Shown here: positions 9,878 to 21,108 of the stretch, one piece after another
Layout of the letters: the number at the start of each line of letters is the position of its first letter
Numbering within the stretch: position 1 is the first letter of the stretch
Source of the DNA: an uncultured Candidatus Saccharibacteria bacterium
GTDB lineage: Bacteria > Patescibacteriota > Saccharimonadia > Saccharimonadales > Saccharimonadaceae
Assembly: GCA_948514425.1 (NCBI GenBank)
Contig: CAOQYN010000001.1
Coordinates: 26,605-90,604 of the forward strand
Direction: 5' to 3'
Length of the DNA: 64,000 nt
Program-made: the position numbers and the translations under genes
The notes under the pieces: generated by a model
What the model was told of the DNA's origin: nothing
Seen by the model: only the letters and a program-made list of their open reading frames with translations
Database searches by the model: none

Positions 9878-11890
9878 ATGACCGGCAGTAAAGTTGAAGC
9901 AAATCCAGAACAGCCCTCAAGTGTTAATCAGGTACTCAGAGCAATAAAGCGTAGAGCTGGCTTTGTGGTACAAATAATCCACCCTCGGAATATAAAAAAA
10001 GCATACAAAATTCTGCAAAAAGGTGGCTCCAAAGAGTTTATGCGACGCTTTCGAGCAAAGTGCCAGTACTATTATGCTGATCAGCGTTATCAATACCGAG
10101 ATTATCTTCGCATCACGCGTCCCACGGAGAAAGAATTAGAACAACAACGCAAAGCGCACTTTGCATATCGGCCTTGCTTTGGAGTTATGATACCTTTATA
10201 TAATACTAAACCAGAGTATTTAGAAGATCTCCTTGATAGCTTCCAGGCACAAACTTATAGCAACTTTAAATTATTTATGGTTGACGCATCGCCTGTAGAA
10301 GACGGAAAAACTTCTTTAACTGATATTATGCATCTTGAAGCAGAAAAAGATCCCCGTATTATTTACGAGGTATTAGACCAGAATGAAGGTATTGCTGGCA
10401 ACACCAATCAAGCCATCACCATTGCAATGCAAGACACGGACGTTACTCATATTGCACTCTGCGATCACGATGATTTTATTGAACCAGATACCCTTTACCA
10501 ATATGCCAAAGTCCTAAATCGAGATACGAATGTCAAGATTATTTATTCAGATGAAGACGTTGTTAAACACAAAGATGATCCAGAGGCCTACTACGTCATG
10601 AAGCCTGATTTTAGCCCCTACTACATGGAAAGCTGCAACTACATTAATCACTTCTTTACTTGCGAAAAAGAATTATTCAGGACAATTAAGACTAAAGAAG
10701 GGCTATACGAACAGCCAGAGTATGATGGCGCACAGGATTACGATTTATATCTGAGACTGATTGAGAAAGCATTAGAATTAGATCAAAAACTAGAAAAACA
10801 ATCAACACAAAAGATTAAAAACGCCATATATACATCGTCTACCATTCATCATGTACCAAAAGTTTTATACCATTGGCGCGCAGCAGAGACTTCAACGGCT
10901 CAAGATCCACATAACAAATTATACGCCTTTGACGCTGGTAAACGCGCTCTAGAAGCGTATTTTCAGCGACGGCAAGTTAACGTTAAGTCTGTCGAACATA
11001 CAGATGTACTCGGCACCTATCGCACGAAATACAGTCTCGATCAAGAACCACTTGTAAGTGTGATTATTCCCAATAAAGACCACGCAGCAGACCTAAAAAA
11101 AGCGATTGAGTCAGTCAAAAACGGAACCTACCGAAACCTCGAATTTATCGTTATCGAAAATAACTCAACAGAACCCGAAACCTTTGCTTATTATAAAGAG
11201 CTAGAAAAGACTCAAGACATTAAAATCGTGTATTTTGAAGGCGAATATAATTATTCGGCAATCAATAATTACGGCGTTAAAAGCGCCAAAGGTGAGATTT
11301 TATTGTTACTCAATAACGATATTGAAATGATTAATCCAGACTCGATTGCGGAAATGGTTGCTATTTTAAGGCGCGAACAAGTCGGAGCTGTCGGAGCTCA
11401 GCTGCTATTTGATAATGGCGAACTCCAACATGCTGGTGTTATTATTGGTTTTGGCGGCAGTGCGGGACACATTTTTCACCGCATGCGTCCAGAATTTAGT
11501 TATGGTAACCGCGCAAACTGTGTTACTAATTATTCTGCAGTGACGGCCGCCTGTTTCATGGTGAAAAAATCAACATATGAAGCAATAGAAGGGTTTGACG
11601 AAAAATTCACTATTTCATTTAACGATGTAGATTTCTGTCTTAAAATCCGTTCTCTTGGCGAATTGATCGTCTACAGTCCATATGCTAAGTTTTACCATTA
11701 CGAAAGCAAAAGTCGTGGACCTGATACTAAGGGTGAAAAACGATTACGTATGGAACAGGAGGCTGCACGTCTACGCCATAAATGGCCAGAAATATACCAA
11801 AAAGGCGACCCCTACTACAATAAAAACTTCACCCTCCATCGCTTTGATTGTAGTTTACGAGAAATCTCACCCTCGGATTTTCACGAATAA
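9878..11890 (+). CDS. Two-domain GT2 glycosyltransferase
   Basis: DHDD, YSDED, GAQDYDL; second domain VSVIIPNKD, LLNND, AVTAAC, NDVDFCL. Confidence 0.93.
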   Translation: MTGSKVEANPEQPSSVNQVLRAIKRRAGFVVQIIHPRNIKKAYKILQKGGSKEFMRRFRAKCQYYYADQRYQYRDYLRITRPTEKELEQQRKAHFAYRPCFGVMIPLYNTKPEYLEDLLDSFQAQTYSNFKLFMVDASPVEDGKTSLTDIMHLEAEKDPRIIYEVLDQNEGIAGNTNQAITIAMQDTDVTHIALCDHDDFIEPDTLYQYAKVLNRDTNVKIIYSDEDVVKHKDDPEAYYVMKPDFSPYYMESCNYINHFFTCEKELFRTIKTKEGLYEQPEYDGAQDYDLYLRLIEKALELDQKLEKQSTQKIKNAIYTSSTIHHVPKVLYHWRAAETSTAQDPHNKLYAFDAGKRALEAYFQRRQVNVKSVEHTDVLGTYRTKYSLDQEPLVSVIIPNKDHAADLKKAIESVKNGTYRNLEFIVIENNSTEPETFAYYKELEKTQDIKIVYFEGEYNYSAINNYGVKSAKGEILLLLNNDIEMINPDSIAEMVAILRREQVGAVGAQLLFDNGELQHAGVIIGFGGSAGHIFHRMRPEFSYGNRANCVTNYSAVTAACFMVKKSTYEAIEGFDEKFTISFNDVDFCLKIRSLGELIVYSPYAKFYHYESKSRGPDTKGEKRLRMEQEAARLRHKWPEIYQKGDPYYNKNFTLHRFDCSLREISPSDFHE

Positions 11891-11908
11891 TATAGTATAA
11901 TATACTGC

Positions 11909-13501
11909 ATGAGGGAGAAAAAGAAACGACTTTGCCTTTTTGCTGGTTTTGACGCGCAATCGGAGATCGCAGACTACGTTGTCTACTATCTTAAGGCGCT
12001 TTCACAAATCGCCGATGTATATTATTGGGGCGATTTTGAAACATCTGACGCCGAAAAAGCTAAAATTCAACCCTATTGCAAAGAAGTATATTGCGCCAAA
12101 CATGGCAAATATGATTTTGGATCATGGCAAGAATTAATCCAGAAAATTGGTCGCAAAAATATCGCAGCGTACGATGAACTAATTCTCGCAAACGACTCTT
12201 GTTATGCTCCACTTTTCGATCTATCAGAGTTATTTAGCAAAATGGACAAAAGAAACTGTGATTTCTGGGGTGTATCCGCTGCTTATAGGCAACACATCCA
12301 TCTGCAGAGCTACTTCGTAGTACTTAAACAGCCCGTTATCCAATCGGATGTATTTTATGATTTTTTCCAACAAATTAAACCCGAAGCAAACTATTGTGAT
12401 GTGTGTGCAACCTATGAAGATCGTTTTACATATTTATTAAGTAAGGCCGGATTTCATTTTAGTTCATATATAGACTATAACGATATTACCAATCATCCTT
12501 ATCGAGATATGATGGCCACAATCCAAAAACGCCATTTTCCTTTCCTTAAAGTCAAATTTTTCCTTGGTGGCATACGCGACCAAGCTGGAGTAGCAGACTG
12601 GCGACAAGTTATTAGAGAAGATACCAATTACCCAGTCTCTTTAATTGAAGAAGATCTAGTGCGACGAGGGTTCGATTTATCATCTATTGATAAGGCAGTA
12701 CAAGAAAAGCAAAGTGAGACCCCAATTTTTTATCCTCAAACGTCATTCCTAAAAAAAATCATAAAGCAAGCAGGAAAAATAATACTAAAACCAATAATTC
12801 GCTTAGCTGATACTTATATTGGTAGTCGTACATCATCTTATTTCTATAAAGTTGATCGCATTAATCGATCCTATCGCGGACTGCAACAAAAGTACGATGA
12901 ACTTCTCGCACAGGTAAATCCAGATTTTATACCCCAAAAAATCCATCTAGTAAACACCGATGAGAAGTGTGACCTAAAGCTTACTGATATAGATGCAAGC
13001 ATAATCAAACGCTTTGATCTTGAGCTGCCGCTAACTAATGAATCAAGCGTTCTTTTGGTGGGAAATATCAGTACACATAATTTAGCTTCTTTAGAATTAT
13101 ATGACCCGCAAACAATTTTCCTAAACAATAATTGGCAAGAAGATCTCAAAATCCGCAGCGCCACCACCGACAATCTATGTGATTTCAAGTTTGTAGACGA
13201 ATCAAAAAACCGGCTTTATTTCGATTTTATCTTGGTGCAGCCACTAGAAAAAGGCTCATCAGATAAAGCAGTGAAAGAGTTCATTGCGAATTTGAAAGAG
13301 CAAATGACTTTTGAATCTGTTTTGGCGCTAATAGTTCCAAATCCAGAGGTTGAAAAATATCAGCAAATCTTACAATCCGAAGGTCTGCATCCTGCTAGCT
13401 CAGAACGCGGTCTAGTTGTACGGAGTGACCCATTTCAGGTGTATTGTGATAAAATAGGGAGTATAAAAGGCTACAAGGCTCTAGTTTACAAAATCAAGTA
13501 G
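11909..13501 (+). CDS. Rhamnan synthesis protein F (RgpF)-like
   Basis: YVVYYL, YDFGSW, ELILANDSCY, DFWG, HLQSYF. Confidence 0.85.
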   Translation: MREKKKRLCLFAGFDAQSEIADYVVYYLKALSQIADVYYWGDFETSDAEKAKIQPYCKEVYCAKHGKYDFGSWQELIQKIGRKNIAAYDELILANDSCYAPLFDLSELFSKMDKRNCDFWGVSAAYRQHIHLQSYFVVLKQPVIQSDVFYDFFQQIKPEANYCDVCATYEDRFTYLLSKAGFHFSSYIDYNDITNHPYRDMMATIQKRHFPFLKVKFFLGGIRDQAGVADWRQVIREDTNYPVSLIEEDLVRRGFDLSSIDKAVQEKQSETPIFYPQTSFLKKIIKQAGKIILKPIIRLADTYIGSRTSSYFYKVDRINRSYRGLQQKYDELLAQVNPDFIPQKIHLVNTDEKCDLKLTDIDASIIKRFDLELPLTNESSVLLVGNISTHNLASLELYDPQTIFLNNNWQEDLKIRSATTDNLCDFKFVDESKNRLYFDFILVQPLEKGSSDKAVKEFIANLKEQMTFESVLALIVPNPEVEKYQQILQSEGLHPASSERGLVVRSDPFQVYCDKIGSIKGYKALVYKIK

Positions 13502-13519
13502 CGAGTAAAGGAGTTAATT

Positions 13520-14398
13520 ATGAAAGGCATTATTTTAGCTGGCGGTTCTGGTACGCGCCTTTATCCAATTACTGAAGGAATTAGTAAGCAACTAATGCCA
13601 ATTTATGATAAACCCATGATTTTCTATCCTCTCTCGGTTTTAATGCTCGCTGATATTCGCGACATTCTTATTATTACCACTCCTGGCGATCAGGTTAGCT
13701 TCCAACATCTTTTAGGTGATGGTTCAAAGTTTGGCATCAACCTTTCTTACGCTATCCAGCCTGAACCACGCGGTCTAGCTGATGCTTTTATTGTCGGCGA
13801 AGAATTCATCGGCAATGAAGCTTGCGCCATGGTTCTAGGCGATAATGTATTTTATGGTAATGGCCTGACCAAGTTACTCATGAATGCTCGCGATAATGCA
13901 GAGTCTGGATTTGCAACCAACTTTGGCTTTCGTGTTCATGACCCAGAGCGCTTCGGTATTATGGAAGTGGATGACTCCGGCAACATCCTAAGCATTGAAG
14001 AAAAACCCTCTAACCCTAAATCTGATTTTGCAGTTACTGGGCTCTATTTCTACCCGGCGGGTGTTTCTAAACTTGCAAAACAAGTGCAGCCGTCCGAACG
14101 TGGAGAGATAGAAATTAGTACCCTCAATAATATGTATCTGCAATCCAACAAGCTCAAAGGGGAATTACTAGGTGGTGGTTTTTGCTGGTTTGATACTGGA
14201 ACTTTCGATAGTCAGATGGACGCCGCTGTTATGATTCGTGCCCTTGAGACCAACCAAAGCCGTATTATTGCCTGTCTCGATCAAATTGCTTTCGATCGAG
14301 GTTGGATTAGCCGTGAGCAATTAGCCGAACGCGCAAATCTTTGTAAAAAGAATAAATATGGACAATTTCTTATTAAAGTTTTGGAGGATGTTCGATGA
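13520..14398 (+). CDS. rfbA: Glucose-1-phosphate thymidylyltransferase
   Basis: MKGIILAGGSGTRLYP, KQLMPIYDKPMI. Confidence 0.98.
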   Translation: MKGIILAGGSGTRLYPITEGISKQLMPIYDKPMIFYPLSVLMLADIRDILIITTPGDQVSFQHLLGDGSKFGINLSYAIQPEPRGLADAFIVGEEFIGNEACAMVLGDNVFYGNGLTKLLMNARDNAESGFATNFGFRVHDPERFGIMEVDDSGNILSIEEKPSNPKSDFAVTGLYFYPAGVSKLAKQVQPSERGEIEISTLNNMYLQSNKLKGELLGGGFCWFDTGTFDSQMDAAVMIRALETNQSRIIACLDQIAFDRGWISREQLAERANLCKKNKYGQFLIKVLEDVR

Positions 14399-14958
14399 AT
14401 AAAATTTCTACTAATCTTCAAGATTGTTATATCCTTGAACCAGCACGGTTTGGCGACGCCCGCGGCTATTTTTCGGCGCCATATATCGAAAGTGAATATC
14501 GCGCACTCGGCTTCCAAGGCTTAAAACAGGTTAGCCGCAGCAAATCTGCCAAGGGGGTATTGCGCGGCATGCATTTTCAGAAAAATGAATATGCTCAAGC
14601 AAAAATCGTTGAGGCTATACAAGGCGCAGTTATTGATGTTGTAATCGATCTTCGTAAAAGTTCGTCTAGTTACGGCAAATGGACTTCAGTCTTACTTACG
14701 CCAGAAAATGGTCGGCAGCTCTACGTTCCTCGCGGTTTTGCTCACGGATTTTTAAGCCTTAAAGACGATACAGTTTTTCAATATTTTGTCGACAACGCCT
14801 ATGCACCAGAGCAAGAAGGTGGCATCGCATGGGATGACCCGACTGTTGGTGTTGATTGGCAAAGCTTCTTTGACGAATATGATATTTCACATCCAGAATT
14901 ATCCAGTAAAGACACTAAATATGGAGGTTTAGCCGATTTCGAAAAGGAGCAAGCATGA
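14395..14958 (+). CDS. rfbC: dTDP-4-dehydrorhamnose 3,5-epimerase
   Basis: GVLRGMHFQ, LYVPRGFAHGF. Confidence 0.97.
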   Translation: MNKISTNLQDCYILEPARFGDARGYFSAPYIESEYRALGFQGLKQVSRSKSAKGVLRGMHFQKNEYAQAKIVEAIQGAVIDVVIDLRKSSSSYGKWTSVLLTPENGRQLYVPRGFAHGFLSLKDDTVFQYFVDNAYAPEQEGGIAWDDPTVGVDWQSFFDEYDISHPELSSKDTKYGGLADFEKEQA

Positions 14959-15833
14959 AATATCTCATTACCGGCGTTAGTGGTCAGCTCGGATATGATG
15001 TTAAACGCGATTTATTAGAGCGAGGCGTATCCGAAAACGACATCTCTAGTCCTCGTACAGCAGAAATGGACATTACAGATCGACAAGCTGTGGAAAACTA
15101 TGTGGAAAACTTTCGTCCAGATGTCATTATCCACTGTGCTGCGTACACCAATGTCGATGGCGCTGAAAGTGATCCAGAAGTTTGTCAAAAAGTTAATGTA
15201 GAAGGCACAAAACACCTTGTTGAAGCCGCCAAACAGGTCAATGCAAAACTTATCTATATCTCTACGGATTACGTTTTCAATGGTGAAAGCTCCGAACCGT
15301 ATGAAGTAGAATCTCAGGCTGACCCACAAAGCGTTTATGGAGCCACCAAATACGAAGGGGAACTTGCCGTCCAATCTTATTTCAAACATTTCATAGTGCG
15401 TATTTCCTGGGTCTTTGGCATTAATGGTCATAATTTTGTCAAAACCATGATCAAGGTCTCCAAAGGACGAGAAGTAGTATCTGTAGTCGATGACCAAATC
15501 GGCTCCCCAACTTACACCGTTGACTTAGCGAAATTTCTTATTGACCTTTCCAAGAGCGACAAGTATGGTACTTACCACGCCACCAACGAAGGCTTCTGCT
15601 CCTGGGCAGATTTTACCGAAGAAATTTATCGTCTTGCTGGCATTACGACTAAAGTTAACCATGTTAGTACCGATGAATACATCAAAATCGCTGGACGTCC
15701 GCAAGCTAAGCGTCCGCACTATTCCAAACTTAGCAAAAAAGTTCTTGAAGAAAACGGCTTTACTCGTTTGCCAAGTTGGCAAGATGCGACTCGTCGTTAC
15801 ATCGCAGAATTAGAAAAGGAAGGAGAAATATGA
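14955..15833 (+). CDS. rfbD: dTDP-4-dehydrorhamnose reductase
   Basis: ITGVSGQLG, HCAAYTNVD, ISTDYVF, YGATK, DQIGSPT. Confidence 0.97.
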   Translation: MKYLITGVSGQLGYDVKRDLLERGVSENDISSPRTAEMDITDRQAVENYVENFRPDVIIHCAAYTNVDGAESDPEVCQKVNVEGTKHLVEAAKQVNAKLIYISTDYVFNGESSEPYEVESQADPQSVYGATKYEGELAVQSYFKHFIVRISWVFGINGHNFVKTMIKVSKGREVVSVVDDQIGSPTYTVDLAKFLIDLSKSDKYGTYHATNEGFCSWADFTEEIYRLAGITTKVNHVSTDEYIKIAGRPQAKRPHYSKLSKKVLEENGFTRLPSWQDATRRYIAELEKEGEI

Positions 15834-16834
15834 AATATATCGTAACTGGCGGCTGCGGCTTTATTGGTAGCAATTATCTGCATTATGTTGTAGACAAATA
15901 TCCTGAAGATGAGTTTATTTGTCTTGATGCGTTAACCTATGCTGGCAATTACCATAATCTCGAACCAGTATTGGGCAAAGAAAATTTCCGCTTTGTCAAA
16001 ATGGACATCACGGATCGCGAAGGTGTCGATCAGCTCTTTGCTGCCGAGAAACCTGATTATGTCATCAATTTTGCCGCCGAAAGCCATGTCGATAATTCCA
16101 TCAAAAACCCTGGGATCTTCGTCAAAACCAACGTTATGGGAACACAAGTCTTGATGGACGCTTCGTTAAAACATGGTGTCAAGCGTTACCATCAGGTCTC
16201 CACAGACGAAGTTTATGGTGATTTACCTCTTGATCGCCCCGACTTACTCTTCACCGAACAGACTCCACTACACACTTCTAGCCCATATTCAGCCTCCAAG
16301 GGTGGTGCAGATTTACTCGTTCTTGCATACATGCGCACCTTTAAACTCCCTGCCACAATTAGCCGTTGTTCCAATAATTATGGTCCATATCAATTTCCAG
16401 AAAAGCTGATTCCGCATGTCCTCAAATGCGCACTCAGCGACAAGAAGGTGCCAGTTTACGGTGAAGGGAAGAATGTTCGCGATTGGATTCATGTATATGA
16501 TCACAACGTCGGAGTAGATATGATTGTTCGTCAGGGCAAGGAAGGTGAAATTTATAATCTAGGTGGTCGCGCCGAGCGTGATAACCTTACGATTGTAAAA
16601 ACGATTTTGAGCGCCATTGGCAAGCCAGAGAGTCTCATTGAATTTGTTACCGATCGCCCTGGACACGATCTGCGCTACGCTATGGATCCAACCAAAGCCG
16701 AGACCGAGCTTGGTTGGACTCGCAAGTACAATTTTGACGATGGTATCAAAGCAACAATTGATTGGTATCTAGCCCATCAAGACTGGGTCCATGACATCGA
16801 AAATGGAGAATATCGTAATGCCTACCAAGGCTAA
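15830..16834 (+). CDS. rfbB: dTDP-glucose 4,6-dehydratase
   Basis: MKYIVTGGCGFIG, FAAESHVD, STDEVYG, SPYSASK. Start at ATG 15830 overlaps the rfbD stop. Confidence 0.97.
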   Translation: MKYIVTGGCGFIGSNYLHYVVDKYPEDEFICLDALTYAGNYHNLEPVLGKENFRFVKMDITDREGVDQLFAAEKPDYVINFAAESHVDNSIKNPGIFVKTNVMGTQVLMDASLKHGVKRYHQVSTDEVYGDLPLDRPDLLFTEQTPLHTSSPYSASKGGADLLVLAYMRTFKLPATISRCSNNYGPYQFPEKLIPHVLKCALSDKKVPVYGEGKNVRDWIHVYDHNVGVDMIVRQGKEGEIYNLGGRAERDNLTIVKTILSAIGKPESLIEFVTDRPGHDLRYAMDPTKAETELGWTRKYNFDDGIKATIDWYLAHQDWVHDIENGEYRNAYQG

Positions 16835-17474
16835 AAATAACTCCGATACCAAACATCCTACTAAGTGGCAGAAAATTTTTACTCCTCAAATTACTGTCTC
16901 CATCCTCCTTTGCGTTTTTTGCGCAATCATGGCAGTTGTTTGCTTCATCAATCCTGGGACCAAAGAAATTTCTCACACCTCACCTGTAGAAAATATGAAA
17001 TCTTTGGAGGTTATCACACCCAAAGATCAAATCGTACAAAAGTTCACCTCTGACAATGATTATGCAAGTTTTGGTTTATACTATGCTAATTTCAGCAACT
17101 ACATCCAAGGGGGTAAGCTGCACGTCGATATCGAAAATTTCAACAAATCAATAGAAAAGTTTACTTATGACATCAGCGGAGCTATTGATAATACATTTCT
17201 CTATATCGACTATCCACTCCGAAAAGATGAAACCTACACTCTGACCATTTATCTTACAGATGCCCAAGGAATTACATTCTTTACTACGACCGCAGACAAC
17301 TATCATGCTACGATGTCTCGCAATCGGCAAACTCAGCCTGTCTCAATTATCATGTCTTTTGTCACCACGAGTAAAGACAGCTTCGCAGCATGGTATTATA
17401 TTATGGCAATCGCGTTGATTCTATGTTATGTTGTGCTTAAAATCGACAAGGATATATATGTTCAAAAATCTTAA
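16818..17474 (+). CDS. Hypothetical membrane protein (two TM helices flanking an extracellular domain)
   Basis: ORF track; hydrophobic segments at both ends; start placed at ATG 16818. Confidence 0.7.
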   Translation: MPTKAKNNSDTKHPTKWQKIFTPQITVSILLCVFCAIMAVVCFINPGTKEISHTSPVENMKSLEVITPKDQIVQKFTSDNDYASFGLYYANFSNYIQGGKLHVDIENFNKSIEKFTYDISGAIDNTFLYIDYPLRKDETYTLTIYLTDAQGITFFTTTADNYHATMSRNRQTQPVSIIMSFVTTSKDSFAAWYYIMAIALILCYVVLKIDKDIYVQKS

Positions 17475-19023
17475 CAAAAATTCAGTATTTATTGGTAGCA
17501 CATGTCTATTTAGCCTGGCAATAGCTCTCGGTTTTGAATTTTTAGTTAACTTAGTTTTTCCCCAGCCATCATTTTTCTTTAGCCGTAGTCGTTTTATTGC
17601 AGTTGCTGGAATCATAAGCAGCTCTATCTGTTTGATAAAATATCGCAAGTATTTTTACGAAAACCTCCATCAAGCATTTCTTCTCATTTCGCTAGTTTTC
17701 GGCATATCATTTATTTTAGTTTTTCCTAGAACCGTCTATCTATCCCCAGATGATCAAATTCACTTCAAGAATGCTTATTTTTTCATGGATGACACCGTGG
17801 AGCTTAGAGGAGGATTTTCAGCCATCGAATCAATATCATTTACCAATGTGGACGGTAAAGGCTTTGATGAAATGGCTGCCATGTACTCAAGCATGAACAA
17901 TGCAAACAACATCGTTATTAATGATCAATATCATCCGAGCGATTCTCCTCGACTATACAGTAGGATAGTCTACCTGCCATTTTATTTAGGCTTCAAAATC
18001 TCCAATCTGTTCCATCTTAGTTTCACTACGAGTATCATTATTGCGAAAATCTTTAATCTCATTTGTTACATCTTGCTAGTATATTTTGCCATCAAAGAAA
18101 GTGGCAGGTTTAATCGAATTTTCTTCGTCATAGGACTACTCGCCTGCAATATATTTTTGGCAACTCAGTTCTCTTATGACCCATTAGTTCTCGGAAGTTT
18201 ACTTCTAGCCATCAGCTTGTTCTTGCATATTCGACAAACAGAACACGCCCCAACAAGCTATCTACTAGGCTTCATCCTTGCAGCAATCTTTGGAAGTCTT
18301 AGCAAGGCAGTATACTGTCCGATCTTACTATTAGCTCTAATGATTCCAAATAGCAAATTCGATTGCAAGAAACGCGCAATTGCATTCAAAATTTGTGCAA
18401 TGTTTGTCATGCTCGTTTTGGCTTCAACTTTTATCTTGCCGATTTTGAGCGGTGGGCTTGCCAGCGATATTCGAGGAGGTGATACCAGTGTTAGCGGGCA
18501 GATCGGTTTTCTGATCAGCAATCCTCTAAAAGCTCTTACCATCATCTTTACCTATATCACTAATCAGTGGCCCAACCTCATTCTCGATCCTACCATGTCC
18601 TTCACGTCTTTGGGGGCAGTCGCAACTGCTGCGCCGATCCATAACATTTGTCTACCTATCATACCAATGGTTGGTATGTTGAGTCTATTAGTAATACTAT
18701 GGTCAACTTTTAGTACAAACCTATCTGGAACAAGCATTACCAAGCAATCGAAAATCGGCCTTGCCATTATCTATACAGTCCTACTAGGAGCGACCACCGC
18801 ATCAATGTACCTTAGCTTCACTTCAGTCGGTAGCACACATGTAGATGGGGTGCAGCCGCGCTATTTAATGCCATTTTTTCCACTCTTTTTAATACCATTA
18901 ATGCCATTTTGGCAAGTCCGACCAAAAGAGGAGAGCCCCCGCAATAGTATCGTCCTCATGGTTCCATACCTTTGCTTATTGCTAATCTTATCCACCTACG
19001 TCCTACAAGTTAGTAGACTCTAA
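17458..19023 (+). CDS. DUF2142-like multi-TM protein (putative GT-C glycosyltransferase)
   Basis: SPDDQIHF, FSYD, SKAVY, GVQPRY motifs; many TM helices. Confidence 0.75.
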   Translation: MFKNLNKNSVFIGSTCLFSLAIALGFEFLVNLVFPQPSFFFSRSRFIAVAGIISSSICLIKYRKYFYENLHQAFLLISLVFGISFILVFPRTVYLSPDDQIHFKNAYFFMDDTVELRGGFSAIESISFTNVDGKGFDEMAAMYSSMNNANNIVINDQYHPSDSPRLYSRIVYLPFYLGFKISNLFHLSFTTSIIIAKIFNLICYILLVYFAIKESGRFNRIFFVIGLLACNIFLATQFSYDPLVLGSLLLAISLFLHIRQTEHAPTSYLLGFILAAIFGSLSKAVYCPILLLALMIPNSKFDCKKRAIAFKICAMFVMLVLASTFILPILSGGLASDIRGGDTSVSGQIGFLISNPLKALTIIFTYITNQWPNLILDPTMSFTSLGAVATAAPIHNICLPIIPMVGMLSLLVILWSTFSTNLSGTSITKQSKIGLAIIYTVLLGATTASMYLSFTSVGSTHVDGVQPRYLMPFFPLFLIPLMPFWQVRPKEESPRNSIVLMVPYLCLLLILSTYVLQVSRL

Positions 19024-19073
19024 CCACCAAGGGCGTCCAAATTCTATGTATTTATGGTATAATATCAACCAGT

Positions 19074-21101
19074 ATGAACATCGTCTATACGCTTAACGAT
19101 AAGTTTGTCCCTCAAGTTGCCGCTGGGATCTGTTCAATTTGCGAAAACAACCAGACCGAAAACATCACTTTTTACCTCATTTCCGATGGAATTAGCAAAA
19201 AACATCAACAACAACTCAAGAAGTTTGTCGCAGGCTATAGCCAAAAACTCCAAATTATCGAAATTGGTGACATCAAACAATACTTTGAGTTTGAGTTCGA
19301 CACCACAGGCTGGAACCCGATTGTACTCACTCGCCTCGTATTAGACAAGCTGTTACCCAATAATGTAGATAGGATATTATATCTTGATGGCGATACTATT
19401 GTCCGTGACAGCCTAGCGGAGTTATACCATACTGATATGGGCAAATCAGTTATCGGTGCGAGTATTGAGCCTACTGCGGATCAAGCGCGCAAGCAAACCT
19501 TGCATCTCCAGGGTGCTTACTACAATGCTGGCGTTTTATTAATTGACATGTATAAATGGCGCCAAGAAAAAACTGGCCAGAAAATTCTAAACTACTATGC
19601 CGCTCACAATGGAAAACTTTTCGCCAATGATCAAGATGCAATTAATGGTGCTTTAAAAAATGAAATCTATACACTCGCACCAAAATACAATTTCTGCAAC
19701 ATCTATTATCAATATCCCTACAAATTCTTGCAAAAGTTAGTCAAGCCCGCAACCTACTTTTCGGAATTGGATTTTGCTGATAGCGTTCAAAATCCAGTAA
19801 TTATTCACTATCTTGGTGAAGAACGCCCTTGGCGAGCCGGCAACACTCATCGGTATCGCGATGACTATAAATACTATCTTTCCTAAACCCCTTGGAAAGA
19901 TACGCCCGATGAGGCTGGTTGGCAGACATACTTCATTTTTTGGAATCTTTTCAACACGCTCACAAGGCCTTTTCCAAACTTAAGATATCAAATTATCACT
20001 TCTCTCATACCATTTGTTCTTCAACAACGCGCCAAACAAAACCGCCAAACGTCTCATGGGGGGGGGCAACATAATGAAGCACAATCTGGCAGTTTCGTGG
20101 CGCACAATCGCGGTAAGACGCCAAACTCTCCAAAGGTTTCGATTCTAATTCCAGCCTACAATGCAGAAAAACTAGTCCATAAAGCTATTGATAGCGCCTT
20201 AGCCCAAACTCACTCCAACATCGAAATCATTATCATCAACGACGGTTCAACAGATGATACATGGCATATTTTGCAAGAATATCAGCAAAAATATCCTCAA
20301 AAAATCACGATTTTCTCTCAAAAAAACAAAGGTCTTGGTGCCACTCGCAATCTTTTACTTAAAAAGGCAACTGGCGATTATATTATCAATCTCGACTCCG
20401 ATGATTGGCTCAAACCCGATTATGCAGAGGTGATGTTGTCTACGCTTGGTACTGGAGATATCGCAATCTGTGGATTTGAGCGCTATGATGCACAATACCA
20501 ATTTCGCGACCAACGCATTCCTGACTTGACATCGTACTCAAAGTATCGATTCTGCACCACTGCGGGCAAGATTTTTCGCCATGAATTTTTACGCGCAAAC
20601 AAACTAAAATACGAATCCATCAATATGGGCGAAGATGCCGCATTCAATATCCTTGCTTACGCAAAAACTAATGCAATCGCAATTTCAGTTTACGGTGGTT
20701 ACTGTTGCTACGAAAGCGCTCATTCCATGGCACACACCGCCCATTACAAAAAAGACAAATCTTTCTATATGCTCATGAACCATCTTGTAGATCGGCTAAA
20801 AAATTCAGACATGCTTCATGATCCAGAATTCCAATTCTACGTCTTTAAGAATCTTCTTATGGACGTTTTCATCTACAAGGATAATTTATCGGCGCGAGAG
20901 TTAGTCAAGATTTATCGCACAAGCGTCAAATGGTACCAAGAGTTTTTGCATCAAAATCACACTCAATTTCATCTTCATTTTCAGAAAGGCGAAACGATCA
21001 TGATTAACCTTACTATCAATGGGTTTATCATTATGACCAAGCTTCACCTTGAGGGAATTATGCTTCCAATCCTCAAGAAAATTCCCATAAATATACTATA
21101 A
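19074..21101 (+). pseudogene. GT8-GT2 fused glycosyltransferase interrupted by an in-frame TAA at 19884-19886
   Basis: GT8 motifs (RILYLDGD, YYNAGV, NDQD, IIHY..ERPW). After the TAA the frame continues TPWKDTP... with no stop into the GT2 ORF 20097-21101 (VSILIPAYN, NDGSTD, LDSDD). The GT2 part may be translated separately. Confidence 0.75.
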
Positions 21102-21108
21102 TATAGGT

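Noticed and set aside
19884..19886. Stop-codon reassignment as the explanation for the GT8 internal stop
   Set aside because: TAA, TAG and TGA all end conserved genes normally in this window, so code 11 fits.
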